The notes beneath the pieces are model-generated. The model was given only the letters and a program-made list of their open reading frames with translations, was not told the DNA's origin and did not search any database. DNA of 64,000 nucleotides from Amoebidium appalachense (lineage: Eukaryota; Protista; Ichthyosporea): contig CAVNZM010000001.1 of assembly GCA_963693365.1 (NCBI GenBank), forward strand, positions 19,848,125 through 19,912,124. The letters are read 5' to 3'. Shown piece by piece: positions 39,063-64,000 of the stretch. Each line of letters begins with the position of its first letter. Positions within the stretch are counted from its first letter, which is position 1. The translations under genes and the position numbers were made by a program.

Positions 39063-40502
39063 CTATGCAAACATGGCATAAACACCGAGGGGCATAAACA
39101 CAATCGAAAACACAACCAACCCCCATGCAGACGCTTTTAGCAACCCATCCCACTTGCTCACCGACACTGGGCCCCAGCCCATTTCCGCATCTCTTGCCTC
39201 GCTGTTGTATACAAACATGTAGAGATAGAAGACACCGGGTAGGCCGACAATCATCGTGCTAGCAGTAGAACCAATAATACCGAAAACCAACCCGAGATCC
39301 GTAACCACCATGGCCGTGGAATACGTGGCGGCAAGAGAAACAACCGTGCACGTCCAGTACACAATCCGGTATCCTTTCGATCCCTGCCCCACCTCTGCGT
39401 TGCTGTTGAACAAGGTGATAGCTTTGAGGGAAAGGTTGATAAGTGCCTGGCGTACGGGGTGCATCAGAAGAGGGTAGGACACGGACACGACAAACGCAAG
39501 CATAACACGGGCTACAGACACATCGATCTTGATCGGGTAGTCGGTGAGGATGTTGGACGATACACGGTCGCCGTATGTCAAGAGACCGCAGAACCCAAAC
39601 ATGAAGTAAATGGCCGTGACGAGGGAGAGCGACCCAGTTCCCACCATGTCTATGCGCTTCACCGATGGCTTCTTCAACACGTTGTAGATGCCCGGCACAT
39701 TGTATTGACAACAGAAGGCGAAAATAAACATGGGCAGGGCACGAAGGAAACCGATACCGCTCTCAGCTACGGGCAATACATGACCCTTGCACGTGAGGGG
39801 GTCCTTGCCTTCACAGGGGTCGAAATAAGCCACGGGCTCTATGCAGTACAACAACACGAGAACCATGACGTAAAACACTGCAACAATGGCGAGGGCAGAT
39901 GTAAACTTTAGCTTGTCGACGTTGGGCATACAAGTTAAGGGGACACCAAACAGCGCAAAGCAAATGGAAATCCACAGCTGTCGGTTAAGGAGAACACTGC
40001 TGGTGCCCGGTTCAATGTGCACCACCTGTTGCATGAATTGGGGCAAGAGGTCACCCGCAATAATCAGGTACGATATGCACGCACCAATGCAGTTGAGAAC
40101 CACCATGATGTCCGATACGACACCGAGCCAGGGTTTGATTGCGGACGAAATAGACCCGTACGAGGTGTTGGTGCCGCCCAACCGGTGGCAGCACTTCGCC
40201 AGCATGTGGATGGACAGAAGGGACATGCCGAGAGAAAACAACATGAGGATAATTGAGATAGCCCACCCACACTCGGCAAAGCCGTGGGGCAAGGAAAGAA
40301 TTCCAGTGCCTATGATGGTGTTTGTGAGGTTTGCTATGCCACCGCCTATTGAAGACCTTCTTCCTTCATCATCCAACGACGTGATGCTGCCCGCCCCGAG
40401 TGATAGAACATCGTCTTGGGTCTCGTTGGCTCCCTTAATGTCCTTCTCGCTTTCAAACATGGCCTCTTTGGACTCGGCCTGGTCGTGAGTGGAGCGTGAC
40501 AT
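39063..40502 (-). CDS. Amino-acid transporter, AAAP/SLC38/AVT (Aa_trans) family, intronless, 479 aa
   Basis: Single ATG-to-TAG ORF. Motifs: NLTNTIIGTGILSLPHGF, GACISYLIIAGDL, LKFTSALA, FAFCCQYN, GLLTYG...NIL, SYPLLMHPVR, LGLVFGIIGSTA..LPG; about 11 hydrophobic segments. Confidence 0.95.
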   Translation of the reverse strand: MSRSTHDQAESKEAMFESEKDIKGANETQDDVLSLGAGSITSLDDEGRRSSIGGGIANLTNTIIGTGILSLPHGFAECGWAISIILMLFSLGMSLLSIHMLAKCCHRLGGTNTSYGSISSAIKPWLGVVSDIMVVLNCIGACISYLIIAGDLLPQFMQQVVHIEPGTSSVLLNRQLWISICFALFGVPLTCMPNVDKLKFTSALAIVAVFYVMVLVLLYCIEPVAYFDPCEGKDPLTCKGHVLPVAESGIGFLRALPMFIFAFCCQYNVPGIYNVLKKPSVKRIDMVGTGSLSLVTAIYFMFGFCGLLTYGDRVSSNILTDYPIKIDVSVARVMLAFVVSVSYPLLMHPVRQALINLSLKAITLFNSNAEVGQGSKGYRIVYWTCTVVSLAATYSTAMVVTDLGLVFGIIGSTASTMIVGLPGVFYLYMFVYNSEARDAEMGWGPVSVSKWDGLLKASAWGLVVFSIVFMPLGVYAMFA

Positions 40503-40918
40503 TTTCGTTATGTTGAAAGGGTTTAACCCCCTAACGTACGGTAGGCAAGTGTTGTGCTTGGGTATATATATGTACTTGTACCGACAATCGTAGGATGCGT
40601 GCTTTGTGAAAAATTAGGAGAGATTCTAGCGTGTACCACTTGAAGTATTTCAAATAACTAAGAAGAATGAGGTGGGGCTTATGGTAGTGCCGATAAGGAG
40701 CAAGCTGATACGTTGTACAGGTGGACGCTTTGCAAGCAGAAATTGAACAAAACTGGCAGAGAGGTTTCTGACTGCCAGTGAAGTGACGCCACCGTGCTTT
40801 TGTAGGCGCACCTTCCATGTCTTCAAGCACATCACCAGGGGGGCTCAATCCTGTGAAAGTTAATGTTCTTTTTTCTTTCTTCAAAAGTCATTATGATAAA
40901 ATTTCCAAACTGTTTCTT

Positions 40919-40949
<31 letters not shown>

Positions 40950-42207
40950 CCCCTTTTGGACAACAACAATACTGATGTGGTTGTTCAAGTCAGGAAATTC
41001 GCTCCGGATATATATATGGGGTTGTTGTGCATTATTATTCATGGTTCCGAACTCTCAACCAACTTGAGGCAGTGCCATTATCTATGGATTAAAAGAAAAA
41101 AATGAAGCGATGAAAGTTGACTATTCAGTCTCCCCACACCAAGCTGTAAGCATTAGGAATTCATTGAGCTGATGAGGCCGATCCATATGCAAACATTTGG
41201 GCAACAACCTGAAGAATCCATCTTACGTATACTTAAGGGGCCTTCACAAAGAGCTAGAAATAATGAAAAGAACTATACACGATAGCTGCAGTGTCCGGGT
41301 AGTAATACAATACAGTAGCCAGGTGGGAACTTGGCAAACCCAGGTTAGCCAGCCAACCGAACTTCTATATATTAGCACGTGTCACAATGATGCATCGGTC
41401 GGATTCGGTTCGCGGCCGGGCTGATCATGATCATGCCGCGCGGACGGTGGCATACATAAAGTCAAAGCAGATAATCGGGGCGAACTAGGGGTGGCTAACA
41501 ATAAAGCTTCCATATAATGTATCACATAATAGAAGAGGTATTTGTGTTTGTAGCGTTCTTTAACGGAAACAAACATCCAGTCTGAGTACTCTGAAACGGC
41601 GAGAAATCATTGCCAACGTCGACTGGCCGGGCAGTGTACGTTGGGTCGTTTAGGGGTATATGGAGAACAACGGACGCCCATCAAAAAACCAATCAAAATG
41701 TAGAAATGCTACTTACTATATAAGGCAGCTGAAAATATATGCTTAAACCATATATAGCAAGATTTAGACTGGCAATCTGCCAATCGGGATTAGCTTTTTC
41801 CCCGCTCTTTTACAGCCAATCAGATGTTTGTGCAAGAATTCTTGCACATTCCTCCATAAAAGCTGAGCTGACCGGTGACCACTGTGTGTACTGACCACCC
41901 GAGTGTGGCCGGTCGTGCACCGTCACGGACTCATGCACACGACTGGGCTACAACAACAGATCTAATATAGACAGACAGAGGATATGGAGATTCAGTTGTT
42001 CTCAATGATAATAGCTGAATCAGTCAAGTATTCCATTATTGTTTAGTAACCAATCTCTACATGTGTCTTTCAAACGACCACGTGCACTGCACATCGCCTG
42101 TCTACTATCTCCAGATCTCCAGCGGCCCGCACACTGGCACAGCAGAATGGACCACTCGCTCGATGGCCTTCCTCCTCTTCTCTCCCCCCCACCTCCCCCC
42201 AGCCCCC

Positions 42208-42263
<56 letters not shown>

Positions 42264-42904
42264 ACCCCCACCCTCCATCCCCACCCACCACCACCACGGG
42301 TAAAAGCAAGCATGGCATTGTACAGGCATCAGGCTTCCCCCGCCCCCTGCAGCATGCACACAGCACATACATGTATCAATCAAGAGTCAGCCTGTGAGAG
42401 GATCCTGGCACGTACTGGCTGTGCCCTCTAGCCTATGTACGATAAACCGACGCTGGTCTATTTTTCAAAAGGTAGGCGAGTCACGTGATCAGCCGTTTCC
42501 GTATCGTCCGCGTCACCTTGAAAAATAAGAGCTATCTCAGAAGGTAGCAGGAGAGGATCCGGTGCCGGAGTCTTGTACAAGTCTGCATCGGCGGCCGATG
42601 ACAGTCGAGTGGTGACTGTGTCTGCGCACGTGTGTGTGTGCGTGTGACACTGCTGCATGTGTGTGTGTGAGAGTGTGTGTGCGAGCGAGAGACTCAGTGT
42701 GCGTGTGCGTGTGTGTGCGTGAGTGACTGAATGCGTGTGTCATTTGTGAGTTTTGTGTATGTGTGGTGGTTGTTTGGTATGTATGTCTGGCATGACAGAA
42801 TATTGGTCCGGATCAACCTCTCCTTGTCCACCCAAGAAGTTCCAGGGGGAAGGGGGGGGGGGGGGGGGGGGGGGGGGGGGATTTCTTAAAGTTTATTACC
42901 ATTA

Positions 42905-49778
<6,874 letters not shown>

Positions 49779-50896
49779 TTCTGTGGTGGGAGAGGAGAAC
49801 TTTTGGGAACTTCACTTCTACAGGGTGCGAGTGGTTGTGAGCCTCGTGGAGGAGTCATGGAGTCTAAGGGGTCCCCGGCCCTGGGCGGTAGTAATGTAGT
49901 TTGGTTCCATTGGATGGCAGAGTGTTTTGGCGGGAATTTTTTGATAGGCTGCCATGCAGCGGTGAGCATCATCTGAAGGGGGGAGCGGGGTCGTCGGGTT
50001 TGAGAGTTTCTTTGTGAGAAATGAATAAAGCATGAGGCTGTTACAATAGTGTTGATGCAGCCCTGAGTGTGTTGATGCAGATGTGTTTCGTTTTGATTCT
50101 TCGCGCCTCCGAGACAGCAGTGGTCCGAGTCTCCGAGAGGACCGAGACTCCCTACACTCCCGACTCCGAGCCTCCGACATAGTCTCCGAGTTGATGCTGC
50201 ATTCCAAAGATGACGATGCATACTAACTGTTTGTTGACTTGTGTTGACGTCCAACAACCCAGGGACAGTCACTTACCAGGGTACCTGCATAAAACTTCCA
50301 GGTTTATCGAAAAATCCATAGTATACGTTTCAATAACGGGAAAAAAAAACACAAGAGATGCCTGCATTTACCCACTCTTGTGTGGCCTCTGAGTAGAGTC
50401 TTCACAGGGAAACTGCCCCCCCTAAACCCTTTGTTGTTCATTTCTTCAAATGATTGGTGGAATAAAACACCGACCAGTAGACAAACGGGTATTTGGCTTT
50501 CAAAAGCTACGGCGTTGATTAGCGGCTTATTAAAACAAAATAATATAATAACCTTATAAAGCATTATTGTTTGTAAAACCTATTTGTATTCGCTAACAAT
50601 CATACAGTTGAAGATTTCGGTGTGAGCCACCTAGATTGCAGTGATAGTGAGCGCTCCACGCAATAAAAAGTGTGTAAACCCCCATCCGCGTGTCAACGAA
50701 CCGCTGGCTGGCACACTCGTTTTTCAAGTGTGGAGGCCCTCTTATGCTCCTTTTGCCTTAACAACCTTTTTAGAGCATACTTAGACGCCATAGAAGCAAA
50801 GGGTGACATAACAAACAGCCTTAGACGCCAAAAATGACCGATTAGCCTTGCATGAGTTAGTGCGTATTGCCTATGTAAAGACAAAACAACAACTGC

Positions 50897-60129
<9,233 letters not shown>

Positions 60130-60525
60130 TAAGGAAGAAAATACCAAAAGGAAGCACCAGTATGGAGCAAGGTGACGAGACACTTTGAATTTTCACCTTG
60201 ATGTAATGTTGACTCTGTAAGCGCCTCCATCTAAGGTGGACTCTGCAAATGTGAAATATTGCTTGTTATTGCTAATTTCTGGATGATACAGTAGGTGACC
60301 CTGTACAGTAGTGATGATGTAATTTGTAAACCTACATTGTAAATATAACTGGTGAATATAAGTGAAATGTGTTTGCTAAGTTTGGCTCTCGCGTGCAAGT
60401 ACGTGATTGGTTGATGGAATGTGAAATGCAAGCCTGTACATACACTTTTAGATGCAGCACATAATGTATTTAAATTTATTAATGATATAATAAGACGTCT
60501 AGAAAGCAACTTGACCAAAATCTGA

Positions 60526-60633
60526 CTATTGGTCTTTTGCCCCTGAAAGGGTATGACATAGGTGCACACCAAATTATTTACAGATATATATACCCAGTCT
60601 ATCGGGTATTTGGGGGATGAAAGATGGCCTGGT

Positions 60634-60698
<65 letters not shown>

Positions 60699-60879
60699 AG
60701 GGGGGGGGGATTCGAAATATCTTCCAACCCGTAAAACCGTATACTTGAAGGATGTGTGGCCATGCATGTCGAAATTATGTACATGACATAAAGAGATCCA
60801 GTATAAAGGATTCTTTAATTTGAACGGGGGGAGGGGGGGGGGGGAGGGGGGGGGTAGATAATTTCTCACCGACCGTCAG

Positions 60880-60914
<35 letters not shown>

Positions 60915-61465
60915 AAGCCCTGTCCCCTGCGGCCGAGTTCCTCTCTTATAAATTTCTTGCTGCCTGCTTAGTGCTGCAACTCTAGCCCCCAACCCTTACC
61001 ACTGCTGCCCTTGGCTGCTTTTGGGCGTCTGCTCGCATAAGTAACCTGCTCGTCACCGATCAAGATGGGTGACCCACCCCTGTTCAAGTGAAGCAGTATC
61101 TGAGTTGGGTTTCGCCAATACCCCCCCCCCCCCAAAAAAAAAAAAGAAAAAGAAAAGAAAGAAAAAAAGAAAAAAAAGCAAAAAGAAAAGTAGCTAATGT
61201 CGTGGCCTCGAAAGAAAAGGTTTGGGGGGAAGGGGCGGGGGAGGGAGGGGAGGGAGGGGGGGTAGGAGTGGGGAGGGGGTTGGGGTTTGGGGGGAGGGGG
61301 GAAGGTGGGGAGCATTACTGGATGAGCTTATGTAATCTTGTGCGGATGGTCTTGCTTTTTTCCCTCGTCAATTTCACGGTTCATTTGTCAGAAATTGGTT
61401 TGCCCGCACACGCACACACATACACACGCACACACACACACACCGTGACACACACCTGTACACAC

Positions 61466-61504
<39 letters not shown>

Positions 61505-61531
61505 GTGTACACGCACGCACGCACGCACGCA

Positions 61532-61607
<76 letters not shown>

Positions 61608-61836
61608 GTCACACTCACTCACTCACTCACTAGAGCTCACACGTCCACTGCGTCACCCGAGCGCACACACAAACACACACACACGATCACACACACGCGT
61701 GCACACAAACGCACGGCGGACACACATACTCTACCCGTGACATGGCGATGGCCATGGCACCCATTAGCAGATGCTCATTCCATACACCATAAATTGTATG
61801 TACAAGTACGGGAGGCAGCGTCACAGCCCACCCAGC
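60526..61836 (-). CDS. Tentative 3' exons of an unknown minus-strand gene (partial)
   Basis: Splice-flanked, phase-compatible segments 61836-61735, 61099-61000, 60542-60526 give [72 protein letters not shown], followed by an AT-rich region with AATAAA. No family recognised. Confidence 0.3.
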
Positions 61837-61877
61837 CTACACTGTCACGCGCACCAAGACATGCATGTACACGCCCA

Positions 61878-61993
61878 CAAAAATTGCTCGCTCCTGATAT
61901 GGTACCCGGGCCTGTTTTTTTCTGTAGGCCGTGTACACTTCACCATCTTGAAGGTGGGGGCCCGGGTACCATATCAGGAGCGAGCAATTTTTG
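61878..61993. repeat. Perfect 35-bp inverted repeat with 46-bp spacer
   Basis: CAAAAATTGCTCGCTCCTGATATGGTACCCGGGCC (61878-61912) and its exact reverse complement (61959-61993). Confidence 0.9.
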
Positions 61994-63273
61994 AATTCTC
62001 CCTCCCCGGCCCCGCCGGGGAAAATTTGAGGTTTTTGGACCTCAAAGAAGTCAAATCCTGCAATCCACTACCGGGAGGCCAAAAAGGGTGATTTCACAAA
62101 AAAGCAGGGTCATACATGAAAAAGAGAAAATGGGCGAGTTCAGTGGGCTGCCGATAGGTATATTTCGTGCTGGGCCGGTATACATGCTGCCGTGGTTGTT
62201 GCTGTAGACGGCAGTATGGCATTGCCCATGTGTCACGTGACCTGCACGTGAATGCGACCATGTGCAGGCACTGAGTCTAGGGGGATTTGTGTGTGTGTTT
62301 TGGAGCACCGACAAGGCAGAGCCAGGGTGAGGGATGTGTAAACATGGAGTTTAGGGAGATCGTGCTGCTATTGTAACATGTGCACAAAACAGCCACGTGC
62401 ACCACACTCCGGTGTACAGAACAATAATATGCACATGCGTCACTGTAATATCATGTATGCGCATGCCGCACAAGGTTTAGGAGACCACCACAGTAGATAC
62501 TATTTTCTTTTGGTGGATATCCATGTAGGAATGGTGTGTGCAGTTGTCATGATCAGCCTGAGGCAGGCACGTGCACTCACTGAATTACTAGAACTCGAAT
62601 AAAAAATACATTCGCTAAAAATGGCAAGGTAAATTTGGGGCCAAGCTATTATTTCCCCCTTTTAAACTTTTTTTTGGCTCCAAGAACTTCGACGCCAAAA
62701 TTTCTATATTTGGCCATCGTATATGATAATGAACACGTGTACTTAAAGTAGTTATATAAATATGGACGGCCCGTTACAAATACAGTGACGAAAAACAGTG
62801 ACCCACGAGCAGTTTTTCTTTCTATCCCCCCCCCCCCCCCCCCAACACACACACACACACCACACACCAGACACACACACCACCACCACGGTGACCACCA
62901 CCACCACCACCACCACCACTCACCCCCCAAAAAAACCACACACATACGTGCACGTGTACACACACTCACACAACTGTACCACCACCACCTCCACTGGACC
63001 CCATTTCCTCGTTGTTTTCTTAAGCCTTCAGACCAGTCCTGTACACTGGAGTTAAACAATTGAATTCACCTAGGCTGACATGCATCCACCCCCGCCTTCC
63101 ACTTCCCCTCCCCCCACCCCCACCCCCACCCCCCTCCACCCCCACCCCCTCCCCCCTCAATGAAGAAGGGCCCCCGTAAGCCTTGGGGGGGGGGGGGGGG
63201 GGGGGGAGGGGGAGGGGGGGGAGGGGCTCTCGAGCCTCCGGGTAGGGAAATGGGGTCCGGGGATCCGGAGAGG

Positions 63274-63324
<51 letters not shown>

Positions 63325-63457
63325 GGGGCATATAATATTGGGCCTAGATATCATAGTATGGGGCCCCGGGGGAGGGAGAGGTGGGGGGGGGGAGGGGGGG
63401 AGGATCCACGGGAAAGACCTTTAGGTGCATGTTCTTATTTATACCCCCTTCGAATCA

Positions 63458-63505
<48 letters not shown>

Positions 63506-64000
63506 TGAGTGCAGGCCGTGACGTAGCTACGGTAACCCTGCAGAAGGCAACAAAAATGTATTAATTACTAGCACTGTACATGTGTTCATAGTGCAGCTTG
63601 CACCACGTATGATCTCAGCAACTTTAAAGTAGTCACAAAGTTTAGTTATTTTCATTATTTTCATTGCTCTGAACTCTATTACTCTGAAACGATCACCGTG
63701 CATGTGCCACAAGATAACAACCCTATATGTGTGCAGCTGCAGCCTGCAGGTTAGACTCGCTGAAAAGACAATTGTCAGTGTGCATCCGACGCTTGCAGCT
63801 GCAGCTAGCCTCTGCAACATTAATACTTGCCAAGTGAATGCTCTTACACTTGATCATCATTCACTCAAAAAACCGAGGACCGACAGATTAAATATTAATG
63901 TCGATCCGAATGATCAGCAAGTGTCTATGTGTACTACTATATATACACACACGTTAAAAAGCGAAGCTATCAGTTACAAGGCACACCTGCTGCACTGGCA

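Noticed and set aside
39256-40488. Overlapping and antisense ORFs over the amino-acid transporter
   Set aside because: They are shadow frames of a GC-balanced CDS with no independent motifs.

Overview
This window is eukaryotic DNA (no prokaryotic operons, rRNA, tRNA genes or CRISPR arrays seen), probably from a repeat-rich protist; the lineage is inferred and not determinable here. Short exons sit in introns filled with (CA/GT)n, (GA/CT)n, (GCGT)n, (CACC)n and poly-C/poly-G tracts, so almost all supplied six-frame ORFs are microsatellite artefacts. Splicing by hand with phase checks gave seven genes: a 15-exon protein with 3 cyclic-nucleotide-binding domains plus an RGS domain (+); a MYND zinc finger-FKBP fusion (-); a divergent GLUT-type sugar porter (-); a syntenin-like tandem-PDZ protein (-); an intronless SLC38/AVT amino-acid transporter (-); a YbaK/ProX-family protein (-); and an NT-C2 + coiled-coil protein (+). 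A tentative eighth gene 3' end lies on the minus strand. Mobile DNA comprises a 3.6-kb non-autonomous Ty3/Gypsy-derived LTR element (apparently identical 480-bp LTRs, 5-bp TSD, decayed RT, triplicated LTR-end/PBS junction), a Tc1/mariner-type MITE and a 35-bp perfect inverted repeat. The strongest candidates for novelty are the cNMP-RGS and MYND-FKBP fusions, the tandem-PBS LTR element, and introns bracketed by complementary (GT)n...(CA)n tracts. No searches were run; family calls come from recognised motifs.
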